Shown here: one piece after another, positions 1 to 13,602 of the stretch
How the letters are laid out: each line of letters begins with the position of its first letter
How positions within the stretch are numbered: position 1 is the first letter of the stretch
NCBI GenBank assembly: GCA_002633005.1
Contig: NMRA01000505.1
Coordinates: forward strand, 107,558 to 171,557
Reading direction: 5' to 3'
Length of the DNA stretch: 64,000 nucleotides
DNA from: Phoronis australis
Lineage: Eukaryota; Animalia; Phoronida
Made by a program: the position numbers and the translations under genes
The notes under the pieces: model-generated
What the model saw: the letters and a program-made list of their open reading frames with translations, nothing else
What the model was told of the DNA's origin: nothing
Databases searched by the model: none

Positions 1-908
1 TGCAGTATCTACATCAAGCAGGATTTGGAATTTTTCTCTTTAAGAGGATTTCTTCTTGTTTGGTTTCGATTTCCACTTACTTGATTTCCAGACGCGTTTC
101 CTATTTTTATTCTCTTTTATCATTTTTTGACTATATTCGTGCAAAAACGCTTATTTCAGTTAAACTTTACAACACGAAAAATATTTCTTTCACACGAGGC
201 TATTTATGGAACCATACATCACCTGGAACCTTTTTCTCTTTTTTTCATCGGTCATTCCAAGCCCTGATGTAGAAGTAATGCACTCGGTTCAATCCGGCCT
301 TGTCCGATACACGTGTGGATGTGTGGATTTTCTGTGTTCTATTCTAAATGCCAGTCCATACAGTGTAGAGAAAAAAGTCAGCCTAGCTTCTGCCCAGCGT
401 ACGTTGCAAAGTCAGCGAGAGGTACTCAGAGTCTAAATTTGATGGATCAGTGCGGTTAGTTAGTTAGGAAAAAGTTCAGCTATTGTCCCGGGATAAGAGC
501 ACCCTGAGGTCCACTTTACCAGAGGTGTAACTCGGCAAATCGAGAGACTCCATTGTGGGCTCTGTTGATTACCACCCGTTCTCAGTATTTATCCGTCAGG
601 AATTTTTCGTTTTTGAAGTGAACTTCTTTTCACCGAGACATCAAAAAACGACCCCAAAAAGCTCCCTCTTTGAGCTTTTTGTTCAGTTTCATGAATCTTC
701 TTTCCCGTGAAGTCTTATTCAAAATCCGTTGTCTTGTTATAACCTTCTCTAATCGTGCAGTTTCCAACTCCTTAAATCGTTTTGCAGGCAACTGATTTGG
801 AAAAGACTCCTCGTAGGGAATTGTCTCTGAAAAGGCACGTTTTCTGAGTGTCACGCACCGTATACCGACCACCATGGTACAAATGTAGTAATGTGACTTA
901 TTTTGCAG

Positions 909-3900
909 TGTCGTCTGAAGACAGGTGGGAGAAATGGTGGACGTACAGTGACTATCTTTCTGGTAGGACTCTTGTTTTACTTTAATGAAACTAAGCCAGC
1001 ATGTGCGCTCTCGTCATGTGAATGAATGAACCAACGATTCTTACAACTTTGTGCCTCCATTATTTATTTATATATCTTTCATGACACAAAACATTCTCGT
1101 TATTACTATCATTGCCTTGAGGGTTCCAGTAAATCCTGTCATTTCTACCCGATATGGCCCACACACAAAATGGCATTCAGTAATTGAATATTTAAGTGGC
1201 TACGTTTTGTTACAATTGATCAATCTAGAGTGCTTTTGACGGACGATTTAGTCACTACGTCGTGATCGTCTATAATCAGCACAATGTAAGACTCATCTGG
1301 CGTCGCAGTTGCATGCGAATATGCAAAAATTAATCAACTTTTGCCCCACGCTTGGGAGTTTTTTTATTTCGGCGAGACAAATTTGCCTTGCCTGCTCCGC
1401 AGTCGAACTCTGTGTAAAGTTGTGGACTTGGTGAAAACTTTTCAGGTTCCAAGGAGGTTTGAAGTTGCCACACTTTAATGATAAACTTGCGTTCCGGAAG
1501 CTCAATGTTCTTAAGCTCAGACTCATTATTTAAACTAAATCGGTGGAATAGCTGTTGCAGTTAGCATGGTTGCAGATTGTGAAGTTCGCAAAAAGTATGA
1601 CCCACATCTTATCAATGCAATTTGCGTGAGAGTTTTCAGACAAGACCGTTATCTAAAGGAACTCTGAGAACGGCTTGTGGCTTACAAAATGTCTACTCTG
1701 ACCACTTTGGGGGTTTTGTTGTTTTTTATTTCACAAACCATTGTTACTTTGTGAAAGTTAAAAGTCCCCGTGTTTAAATTTCCACATTTCCATGATATGA
1801 CTTTTAAATTTTACTAATTCTGCAAATTCGGCATAGAATATGACATGAAAACCAATGACATTATATGTGCATAAGGTGTGATACTGCAAATAACCTTTCC
1901 ATTGGTCATAAAAATAGGCACGTTGTTATATTTTTACAACGAAATTCAAATTTAGGGCGTTATTTTTGAATTTATGAGTGTCACCGGTTACTGAAATCTG
2001 GAACTACCATTGGAAATATTCTAATATTGGTACTGATGTTGTCAACAAAAATAAATTACGAAACTTGTAATATCGCCAGTTACGTCGATAGTTCATTTAC
2101 AAATGTTTCTCTAATACTCAGTTATGCAAGATGGGGATCAAGATTCCTGATCTCTCATACTTTAGTTCTTTTCTGAGAACATTTTAACAATTTGCATTAC
2201 ATCAAAACAACAGTTGTTACTCGGTAAATTGTCAGCATTTACCTAAGAGGAAACACAGCCGTCCTGTTTTATCAAACTAGACTGTAATTGATTCAGATTC
2301 TTACTGTAGTTTTAACCATCCAAAAAGAACATCCTCAAAATTTTGAAAACTTGAATTCACTGCAATTTTGGTTTGATTTCGTTATGGTAGTAGGAAATTT
2401 ATTTTATGAAAAGAAATTGATTTCAGGGTCAACACGTCTCCGTGTTCCTCCACCGCCACGTGGCCCGGTGTCCCGCGATATTCCCCAAGCCTTATAAACC
2501 CTTTACCCTTTGATACGATTTCTGTGCAAATTCTTGGTCTGCATTATCCGTATGGGTAAAAATATCTTCAGTGGGTACCGGGAAATACCGCCATGGACCC
2601 GAAAAGGGCAATAAAACACTTCTGAATGAAACAGAAAATTTCCCTCAAAACTGAATTTTTTTGCTGTGCTAGTTTGTATTTTAGAGAAGGTGTTGAGAGG
2701 TTTTAGTAACGTCATGTAAGCAAATCCACACAAGCTTTAGTTCCTTGTAGTTCCTGTGAAATCTGCTTGTTACTCATGAACTAAATCTAATGCTGTCGTT
2801 TACACGTTGACAGGACCCCGTCAGTGGGGCGGTGTTAATCCCGACTGGGACATATGTAGTAAGGGCAAGCTTCAGTCTCCCGTTAACTTGGATCCAAAAA
2901 TTCTGCTATTTGATCCGAACTTAAAACACGTCCACATTGGGTCCACCCTGGTAAGTAAACTAATATTTCAGTTTGCAAATATTGCAGCCTAACAACACTG
3001 TGACGTAGATATGCTTAGATGGTTAGTTAGCCGCAAATGAACATTCTTTACCTTCGCAAATCATTCATTATTTATGAATAAAGAAAATAAAATTCTCTGC
3101 CTAAATTATTGCCTTGAACCTAAATCGCTTAGATAACTCAAATTATGTCATGGTATACTGACAGCTAAATCAGGATTTTTGTGCAGCTGTATCCGCAGAA
3201 CCTCATCCGGCTTCGTTTACTGCAAGTACGATAGCACGGCACAAAGTCTTGATTGCAAACTGTTCATCATTTATATACTTATATTAAGACGGTGCTAATA
3301 AATGAAACTTTATAACACATTACGTAACTATTCATCGTTCATTTGTTCAAAGCTGCATTTCATCCTGGTTATCTGGCTAAAAACCAAAATTCCAAGTAAT
3401 CCCTCAGTTACTCTCACAAAGTCGATCTCGAAGTATTAGTTACCTTGATACGAATTCTCGTTACCAAAAAGAACGTCGAAACAATCAATGGCTTATTTGA
3501 AAACGTTTCAGAGTATATTGGAATTGGCCAATCCTAAAATTGTGCATCAAAATGTACCCATTGTCTGGGACTTGAGCTGCCAACGGAAATAAAATCCTAC
3601 TATGGGGAGGACAATTATGAGTCTGGCTTTATGAGTGTATAACGCGTAATTTAATTTTCGTTTTAGCCAGTTTAAGTGGACGAGGTGCAAACTGAAGACG
3701 ATTTTATTTTCGCGATGTTGTTACGACGACTGCTCTCTGAAATAAACACTGAATTATAATTTTGGCCAAGGGGGCCATGCCCCCCCCCCTAAAACTCTTC
3801 CTGATTCCATTTGGCAATTCGAGGGTGCGAATGTCTGACGGGCAAAATCTTGGCTAATACTCTTCTCTGGCTCCCTCTAACTATAAATCCTGGATCCGCC

Positions 3901-6900
3901 CCTGTTTTGCGTAGTCACTGGCCCACACAGACGTGAGGCCCAGCGCGAATGAGGCCTTCAGTATGAAATAATTCTGTCAATGGAAGATGCTCAATCAAAA
4001 AGCAAAGACTGGGATAAACAACTCGGAGCACAACAGACTGAATGGAGTTTCGACGTACACGCTACCGAACAACACCACGTCACACGGTTAACCACTACTC
4101 ACCGACTCCATTGTTGAGCTACGTAACAGGTCACGTGACAGATTCTCCGTTAAAGAATTGAACTGTTTTAACAGTTTAAAAACTTTACTAAAGTAAAATC
4201 TATAATATACACTGTCAAAAATTTCAACATCTTATTACGTTAAATTGGCTGCGATGATCGTGCATGTAGCAGTTAAAAGCTAACTCCGCCTTCCGTTAAA
4301 ACTAACTATTATGAGACAGACAACTTGCAATCACTGGTCTCGGTTTATTCGTTACTCAGATTTAAAGGTGATTTTTGAACTTGAAAGACCAAGACATAAC
4401 ATTCTGTTATGGCTTCAGAACAGGTTCAACAATTAAGTGCTTGTCTCAGCCGGTCAATTTTTCGAGTAACCATAGACTTACTGCTTCTAGTCTTCAAGAT
4501 TCACATTCTATCGCATTGTTGCGCCAACGTTGATTTTAAGTACCTAGACATATTTTGAAACTGATTTTCGCCACAGCGTTGTGGCGACGTTGTGCCTGCT
4601 GTTCAGTGAACAGATCGAAGTCAGATAAATCGCTAAGATGCCTGATCTGTCCTACCCCAAATCAGACAGTAGATCTGCTCTCCTACCATGAACAGGTTAC
4701 ATTCCATTGGCGAGAATGGGATTAGGTCTGCCTGTCCTGGTAATCACACGATGATTGGCCACAATATTAGTATTTTGCTCTGGGATGATTTGTAAATTGC
4801 TTGTAAGATGGCAGAAGGATCAGAAACTGTTGTTAAAACGTATTTTTAGCGCCTAATGTGCCCTCTAATGTGATGTCCTGTTTATCTTCTTATATCAATT
4901 TAACATGTGAACGCGGTATTGATGAGCGGTTCCCGCGTGCCTGACAAAACGTGTACCTAACTCGCTGCAAACCTGCAGAACATTATTTTATTTGAAAGTG
5001 TGAAACAGCATTTCTTTTTAATGACATTGTCATTGGCCACAATTAGGTAAACAATTTTCACATAACGGCGATAACACAAACTTTCATTAATGGTAAAGCA
5101 CACTGAACGCTTTGCTTTATGTTCAGTGTGGGGACAGGTTTAACATCAAGTGTTCGAATAGGACCGGTTAGTTGCATCACACTGCCTAGTGAAGATGTAC
5201 TAGTCTTGCTCAGTGCTATTGTGTAGGTATGCGAGGCAGTGCTGACCATTTTTATACTTTTTTCTTTGTGACAAATGCTCAGCCTTTGTAATTGCCAGTC
5301 ACGTCAAAACATGACGATCTCATTGGTTTTATCAACACACTGTATAACCTTCTTTTAAGAACATCGACAGCATCACTGGCGCGTCAGCGTGTTAGAAATG
5401 ACTCGTCACGTGTCAGAAAAGACCCTCACAACGTGACGCTAGTGGCGTTCCATGACATGTGACCTATTGCTGGGCGAGATTGGCAACGAGTAACGAAAAC
5501 CCTCCACCTGCCAGTGGGGAAGTGAAATTACACATTATAATAAAAACAATCACAACACCACGCGTCACATTCAATGCTGTTGTAGGCGCGGATCCTGAAG
5601 GCGGTCCATTGTTGTAATGCAAGATTCTTAAGCGCCACCTTCGTGTTGTTTCTCTGACCGAACTACCGTTGTAGTCCAAAGGCCGTGTTACTGAAATTGC
5701 AGGTGTCTGGAACGCTTGTCAACCGAGGACAATATATAACATACATCGTAGATAGCACACCTGCTGTACACTTCAGAGGTGGCCCTCTATCTTACAAGTA
5801 CCAAGTCACCGACGTCACTTTCCATTTTGGCGAGGAAAACGGCAATGGTTCCGAACACACTATTGATGGTAGACACACTGCTGCTGAGGTAAACATGCTT
5901 GTAACCTGTACTGGGGCAGGCCTACATTCGGGTGATAGATCGTATTTTCATGAAGTTTGGGCATGCTATTTGATTTTCACACATCCATGTAGCGAAATAT
6001 CTTCATGTGCTCAATTTCCATATTTCCAGAGAGTTCGACCAAAGGTAGAAAAAGTAATTATATGAAGAAGCCCATAGCATATCGTCTGTGTTTCAGTTTA
6101 TGACTAGATGTATTCGTCTCATTTATGCCATCTCCTTCAAATTTTCACGCGATGTTGATATTGCGGAATGTTATTATGTACATTCACGCAACACGTACAA
6201 AAACTTCGGCGGAGGTTTCACCCTGTCATTTGTACATTGGTCAGAAATTATACTGTATAAGAAGTAGCCTGCAACAGCATTGCTGGATTTTCAAATCATA
6301 TAAAGCTTATAAAATCCCCTAACGGTGCATTTTTATTTGGTCTGTATCACTGTCTTTGCTCGCTTAATGGTTCGTGACTCACATTGTCAGTGAGTTCTCC
6401 TTTTGAATTAACCTCCGTCTGTTGTTTGAATATCGTAGATACAACTACTTGGCTTCAACTCTGTACTCTACAAGAATGTCTCTGATGCTCGCAACTCCCC
6501 CAGTGGTCTTGCCATGTTGGCCATTTTAGTACAGGTAAGCCGTGTGCAAGTTTTAGTGAAATGGTCATGATTTCTCGTGACGAAGTTGGTGTGAACTATA
6601 AAATCGGTGTGGTTAAATCAATACGCAGAAAGTACATGTAGATACAATACAGGTCGAATATGACGCATGAACCTTTTGACTGTCGGACACCGTTATAAAT
6701 GAGGGAACTGAAAGGACCATTTCATCGTTGAATTCTTAGAAGCGCTTTGGAATTCAAAAAAAAAAACATAGCGCCACTCACTCAATCCTGAACTGGTGCC
6801 AAATGACCCGGAGAACTCAATTCACAAGCAATGCGTACATACACCATTTTCGAATACTCAGTTTTAGGGTTGGCCAACCTCACTAAATCCAGAGGCGTAT

Positions 6901-9900
6901 TCTTGAATAGTTGTCGATTTTGATGTTCTCGCTGTGTATATGTAAGAGACCAGTTGGATGAGCAGGAGTGACTTGAGTCAAGTGTTGTTATTTTGATTGT
7001 TTTATGACTGAAGATCACGTGTCCTACGTCCCAAGAAGTGACGCAGTCGGATCCATTTTTCAAAAACGCATTTTCTCGATTACTAGGGTTGACTTCTTGA
7101 AGTCATTAGCTTTGACAAGGTCTACAAACGATAGCAAAATCCGTTGCGTTTTGTGGTTTTATTAGAAATCGCTGGCGTTGGTTTTCCGGCAATCATTCGA
7201 GCGACTATAAATGAAACCGACGTATGTGACATCCAGGACACCTTACATATTTTTGTGCTCCCGACGGGCACTCGCTCGTCGTGGGCTGTGAACTTTGCCG
7301 CCCGTCACTTTATAACTTGCACCACACGCCGCAATTTGGAGATTCACTTTTTGCATAAATGACTAGAGCGTCGTCCATGATGACTGACCAATGTCCTAAG
7401 ACTCTTTTAGACTCAATACACGCTGGACCAACAAACACACCTGGTTCTATATCTCCTCTTCATTAACTGTTGCCGCACAAAACGGAAATTATCTGTTTAA
7501 TTTCATTATATCATTCCCGAGGCTAAGCCTGTAGTCACGAAGTTTATAGGAAAAAGAAGATTACCCGGCGATGGTTGATGAATGTTAAATCCCGAAGGAT
7601 AACCTGAAATTGACTGAAAGAAATAAAGCTATTTATCTGTTTAGCGTATCAATCGAATGCCTGGTAATCTTGTCGAGACTGTCTTATGTCTTGTCAGACT
7701 TAATCTCAGTTGACAATTTCTCTCTTCACTACTTGTAAGGCTAACACTCGTTCCTTGCTTGTCAGCGCAGCTATGAATGAATGAAAAAATCTTTGTTTAG
7801 CACACGTGTAATTAAACATTCTTATTTTTGTACCCAACTGCATTATGGTGTTCAATGTTTTTTGTTTCCTTGACTCAGGTTCGAGAAAAGACGATATCAG
7901 GCAATCCCGAGTTAAAACGGTTTGCAAAAGAAATGAAAAACGTCAGGTTCAGAGGTAAGCATACACGCTACCATTGCTATTCTCAGTAACTGTGGCTCAA
8001 CTTAAACTGACCGTCTTCCGTACCTTTCTACATAGAGTGCGTATCATTAGTCATTTACAAATTTATTCTGAAATGTTAAGACACCTTGTTATTGGAGAGC
8101 TTTTTTGGTCAATTTGACATAAAAATTGTTTTGAACATTTTTAGGATATTTATATAAAATAAAATTGCTAAAAATTGCAATTCAAACCGGAAACATCGGA
8201 CGCTAGGTACGGAGTTGTATAATGTCAGTCGGTCCCAGAAGCTTGTTACCTCGATTTTCCCTCCTGATAGCTGTGACGAATGGCCAAAGCATTCAACGAC
8301 TTTCCACCCCAAGCCCGACACATACAGTATTTCCATTTCACACAGCAATGCATGATACAAAAGCAGACATAAAAATCATACAACAGCGATTCTGAACCAT
8401 GTGACAGTTTTGACATTGTGCCACTTCGTCACCGCGTCACATTTCGTTTAAAATACTTTTCACAATCAGTACAATTTTGACGAAGCTTGGATTATTGCAC
8501 CTGTGAACTGAAGGACCTGTATATATAAGTCTAATTGCGTGAGACAACTAGTCGAAATTTCCAAAGATTTCATAAACTTTTCAGAAAATTCTATGATTAC
8601 TCCTATTTTTCTCAATGAACTCCAAAAATCCTTCAAAGTTTTCAGCCAGTCTGTAAGATAGGCTGTACTCACATGGAAGTAGACGAATATTAATTTCCAA
8701 AACAGCTGTAATGCACTTTGAATGTTCCACAGATCATGGAACGCGAATCACTGACATCTCCTTGCAAGATCTGATGCCAAACACCGCCAACTTTATTACC
8801 TACGAGGGGTCACTCACTAAGCCTGGGTGCGCTGAAGGAGTCACGTGGATTATCATGAATAAACCGGTGTACATTTCGGAAAAGCAGGTAAACAGTTGTC
8901 ATCTGTGGTAATTTTTATCAGATACTTGTCTGATGTTTACACAAATTAGATCGTTATCAGTTTAGCCCAAACAGCGCCCGCAAGAGCGGACCAACAGCGC
9001 CCGTATGAGCGGACCAACAGCGCCTGTAAGAAGAGCGGAACAACAGCATCCTATCACATTGCGTACACTTATTACCTCAGTTCCGCGGGTCAACCGGCTA
9101 AGACATCTGATTGCAAATCTCAAAGACCACAGTACTAAAAGAATAAGCTAATGATTTTGTTCTTGTAATTGTTTACCTACCTCTTTTAAACGTTCATGTT
9201 ACTCACATCGAACTCATTCGCTGGATGACGATTATTCACCTATTTCACGAACGCGGGGCGCTGCTGTCGTGTTGATCGAAAACGAGGCGCCTTGACAAAC
9301 ATGGCATCGTCCTGCAAGGTGGTGCGGTCAAAAGACTTATCAACGTTACCAAAAATCAAGTTGTCTGATGTTGAATCGATCTCCAAAAACATACCAATAC
9401 GCACGGCAACTAGACTTTTACCCTCATCAGACATTCCTCCGTAGTTTTCCCTTTTTTGGAAAAGTGTGGAAGTCAGGGATTTACCCAGGCTTTTAGTCTT
9501 GAAAAATCCTGCTCGCCAGCTGGGCGAGTGCCGGTGTCGCGTGAAATTTCTTCCCCGTGAAATTTCTTCCCACTCTGACCCTTTTGCGCATGCGCGGTAT
9601 TGAGGGGAAGTTATTTCACGTCTAAGGCATGAAATTTCTTCCCCCGTGAAATTTCTTCCCAAATGAAGACGGCAAAGAACAGCTGTAAAATAAGCCTAAA
9701 AATATAAATTCACTACGTGTGTGGTAATGTAACGAGTTTAGTCAATTGCCATTGTCATGTTAGACATTGGTAAATGAATTATAATTAGATTTACTTCAAT
9801 TCAGTCGCCGGTCAGTAGGCTTGCGCCCGTATGGCCTATACTTTGCGGGTTGTGATCATGCTTTTGTTTGTTTTATTGTACTCTGTAAACTGTATTATGA

Positions 9901-12900
9901 GCTAATATTACTTATGTTAATAAACCTGTCACCCTCTGTCTCGCTCTCTCTGTCTCTTTCTCTCTACTTGCGGGGAGGAATCCCGTTAGCTAGGTAGGAT
10001 CGTGCCCCTCCTGCCGTGGAGTGCATCCGGACCGGGGAGTCCTCTGTTGAAAGGCAAATTAAGCTCTTTCAAAAAAGTGACATTCTGTAGACTATATACT
10101 TATAATTGATTCATAAGATTAAAATAGTTCTGAATTTCATTTCCTGGTCTGGGCGTCGCCCGACCTTAGGCCCGTCGCGGTGAAGACGAGTCTTTCGTCG
10201 TCACTCCGATCTGCCAGAGTGTTCTTTTTCGCTTGTACTGAATTTCCTTCAAGAATATGTTAGAAATACTCGAATGGGTAAAAATACTCGGTTGGGTATA
10301 TTCCCAGTAAGGCATTATCATTTGTTGTGGTACGTAATAAGTTAAAATAATTGACGCCCACCTATTTATGACCGATCCCGGAGAAAAACCGTAGGTGTCC
10401 TGTGTGAAATAGCGTTCCTACATCATCAAACGCATCTTTCAGAAAAGTCTTACAAAAATGTACACTAAAAGAAAACAGAAATTGGAAACCTTGTTTTTTC
10501 CAGGAAATTCAGTTCATAAGATTCGGAAAAAGGGAAATTTTCAAAATCGGTTTAGGAAAGCTCCAGCAAGCGAAATAATTAGCGAGAATCAGGAAACGTA
10601 TTAAAAACTTTAAGATCATTTTACAAAATCACACGCCGTGGGACAAATGGACCATCACAGCTACAATGGGTAAAAATTGTAGTAAAATATTTACACTTTC
10701 TTGCTAAGGAAACTGAATTTGCAGATTAAAAATCTTTGAATGCGCCCTGAGCGCGTGGAGCGCTCCGAAAATGAAGCCGGAGATCAATCCTTGATAAACA
10801 AGACTATTTTAGTCTGTTATATTCCATAGTGTTGTATATCAAGGAACTTGCAAATATATATGTAGTATAGGAATTACTTACTTCATGCGGGAANATGTAG
10901 GCCCTAGCGCGCGCTTCTTGGCCAAGTTTCGATTCGCGGTTTTTATAATTTTACGTGTACAAAGCAATCTGGATTCCTGTTGTGGGAGAAAATCTGTACG
11001 GGAAAGATACAATATCAATCCCGTTGACCAGTACGCTGCGTCTGTTCGAAGGGCCAGACCATATAGTGTGACACTTTCCTCGCACAAGATCAGCAAATCT
11101 TTTGCGTTCTTTTTGAAGCACTGCGGAACAGTTTGAAGTGTACAGCCACGGCTAAATACCGACATTTATGATAGGGGCGAGGCTCGTGGTCTACTAGAAA
11201 TTCCGCGCACAATGATTTTTCAGGACTGTCGGATATTATTGATAAATTGAATACATTACTGGAGAATTTTAGAACTTGAGCTTGTTTTTACACAGCGTAC
11301 ACAGTGTAGGAGCCAGACACGACACGATTTCTCTGACTCCCGCAACACAATTTTCCGTTTCAAATTTCCGACATTTTTCAGATCAACCAGTTCCGACAGG
11401 TGCGAGAAGGCGGTAAAGAAATCAAAAACAGTAAAAAAATCGCTGGGAACAAACGGCATACCTTTCCGCTGAATCACAGGGTTTTGCGAACGAATATCAA
11501 TTTTCCCGAATCATCGGTAAGTACTCTTATTGTACGCCTAAGTATTGTTTATAGCTACTTTGCGAGTTGGTATGTTCGTAGGTCATATAATCGTCTACAG
11601 AATTACATAACGGTCTAGCCTAGATTGTCCATATTGTTTCAGTTTATTACACAAGCTTACGAGGAACAAAAAGGTTTTAACCTTTGTTAAATTTTAAAAA
11701 CAATTTTACAGTGAGTTCTTGGTTAGAGAATTAAGAATGACACTATCGGCCCATTCCGTGCACAGCGCCTTCATGCGGTACAAAACTACCGTAATGTAGT
11801 AAAACACACGACAAACAAAATAAAAATTGAGGACTGACCTGGACAACAATGGAGATATGAACGTGTCATGAATGCTAATGATGTGGCACACAGCATTGGT
11901 ATACATGTACAATGGTTCGTAATACAGTCTTGAAAAGAATTTGAATTTAATGCATTAACTTTCTGTCTGAATTTCAGCTTTTAGCCGTGGAAATATTGGA
12001 AAGACACAAATCTTAAATTTTTATATGTATTTGCGAACATTATTACTGAAAAAATATTTTAAGAAAATTATAAATGGTAGTCGCTCATATTTTATGTATT
12101 TGCGAACAACATTAAGTTTGACAATTCGATTACTTCTTTTTAAACATTTTCTCCGATTGCCAAGGAGGAGTTGGAGGTCATGCATATAAAGTTTTACTAA
12201 AAATCCTTGAATTCAACGACTACAAAAAAGTTTTAACATTTGGTTCTCATTAGCTGCCGAATGACTTCAGCCAATTACACCTCAGTGAAGTGAACTTTTA
12301 TCATAGAATTTTGTCTCTATATACCAAACTACACTGTGACTGGTATTCATATCACTCTCTCACGACTATTACCCGATTTTAGTTTTCCACATATACGACT
12401 TTGCGTAATTTGAGCATTTATTTGCGTTAAAGCATGTTTAAGTCTGGGACCCGTTCCAACAAAACTGACTTAGCCAAGTCAAATCTTAAATTTTAATGAA
12501 TTTTAAAATTAAAGTGAAATTTGTCTCAAAACCAATCCAAGAAAGAGATCTTAAGTTTGACTTAAGTGTTTGACATCTGTTTTGTCTGAATTTTGACTAA
12601 CTTACCGAATGTGGAAGTTTCAAAGTTTGGAGGTTAAGACAAATCTTAAACTTGAGTCAAAAATGAACTTAACTCAGTTTCTTGGAACAGGCCCCGGGTC
12701 ATCGCGACACCTGTTGGTCACATCACGTGACCTACTGAACATCAGTCTGAAAAGATTTCTGCCCCGACCGCCGGACTCGAACCCGTGCAGATACTTTAGT
12801 CCACTGAGCCACCGGGACCCCTGGCGAACACAGAAGTCCGATCAGGCTCAGCAGGGGGCACCCAGTCCATAAACTCATGAGTGTAATCCTACGTGGAAAT

Positions 12901-13602
12901 ATAGACCACAAACATTTTAAAGACTTGACTGCACGCCACCTGTCGGCCACATCACGTGACCTAATGAACATCAATCTGAAAAAATTTCTGCCGACCGGGA
13001 CTCGAACTCGGAACCTTCTGCCAACCGTGCAGACATTCTGGTCCACTGAGCCATTGGTTAGCAGAAGGCCCCGGGTTCGAGTCCAGGTGGGGGACATCTT
13101 TTCAGACGTATGTTCATAAGGTCACGCGATGAGGCCAACAGGTGGCGTGTAGACCAGACTTTGGTGGTGATCTATATTTCCACGCCGGTTTAAGACTTAC
13201 ATATTTATTTATTTGTGTTTTCTCTTCTATTTTCTTACACACAACAAATAAATAAAAAATCTCAATTTACAAGCAACTAAGTATTGCCATCCTGAAACTG
13301 TGTTTGCAAAAAGCTAGTGCCTTCAGTAAACTCCATTGAGGTACTCGTCCATATATGTATTTAAAAAGATATATTTTGGTACCCAGGGTATATACGGTAT
13401 AATTCTACTTCTGCCACTAGTACCAGCGAAGTTTGAGTTCAAAGCTTTTGATGTTTAGAGGTCAATCAGGAGGAGGGCTCAAGAACATTTTTAATCCTTA
13501 AAACGAATCTCTTCCACATTACAGAGTCGCACGTGCTCAGTAGAACGGAAGGCTGGATACCAATCGAATGTGAAGAAAAAGCATCAGCATTGGAACTTTT
13601 AG
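909..13602 (+). CDS. CA10: Carbonic anhydrase-related protein (acatalytic alpha-CA, CA10/CA11/CARP type), 5'-partial; exons 909-962, 2814-2950, 5703-5888, 6439-6534, 7879-7954, 8733-8887, 11382-11516, 13525-13602
   Basis: All exons have AG/GT boundaries with consistent phases. The joined protein reads WEKWWTYSDYLSGPRQWGGVNPDWDICSKGKLQSPVNL...GGPLSYKYQVTDVTFHFG...GSEHTIDG...AAEIQLLGFN...TYEGSLTKPGCAEGVTWIIMNKP...PLNHRVLRTNINF...CSVERKAGYQSNVKKKHQHWNF*, matching alpha-CA/CARP motifs. The zinc-ligand positions read T/H/Q instead of H/H/H. The signal-peptide exon was not located. AATAAA lies near 13770. Confidence 0.93.
8967..9048. repeat. Short ~24-bp tandem repeat CCAACAGCGCCCG(C/T)A(A/T)GAGCGGA x3
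   Basis: Directly visible in a CARP intron. Confidence 0.75.
12447..12694. mobile_element. Harbinger-like MITE in the last CARP intron
   Basis: TIR GGACCCGTTCCAACAAAACTGACTTA / TTAACTCAGTTTCTTGGAACAGGCCC (imperfect), with 3-bp flanks CTG/CGG and internal CTTAAG/AATCTTAA subrepeats. Confidence 0.55.
12697..13184. repeat. tRNA-derived repeat cluster: two tandem minus-strand units plus one inverted partial unit (palindrome 12892-13184)
   Basis: The minus strand at ~13057-12988 reads ...TGGCTCAGTGG (A box)...TCTGC-ACGGTTG-GCAGA (anticodon-like stem-loop)...GTTCGAGTC (B box). A second degenerate copy lies at ~12760-12822 and an inverted 3' half at 13056-13097. The acceptor stem is poor, so this is not called a functional tRNA. 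Confidence 0.7.

Noticed and set aside
206-436. ORF MEPYITWNLFLFFSS... as the CARP signal-peptide exon
   Set aside because: No convincing phase-1 donor was found to join it to the exon at 909.
12988-13057. Functional tRNA gene
   Set aside because: A/B boxes and an anticodon-like arm are present, but the acceptor stem pairs poorly, the loop lacks the usual U33/purine-37, and the sequence is part of a repeated unit.
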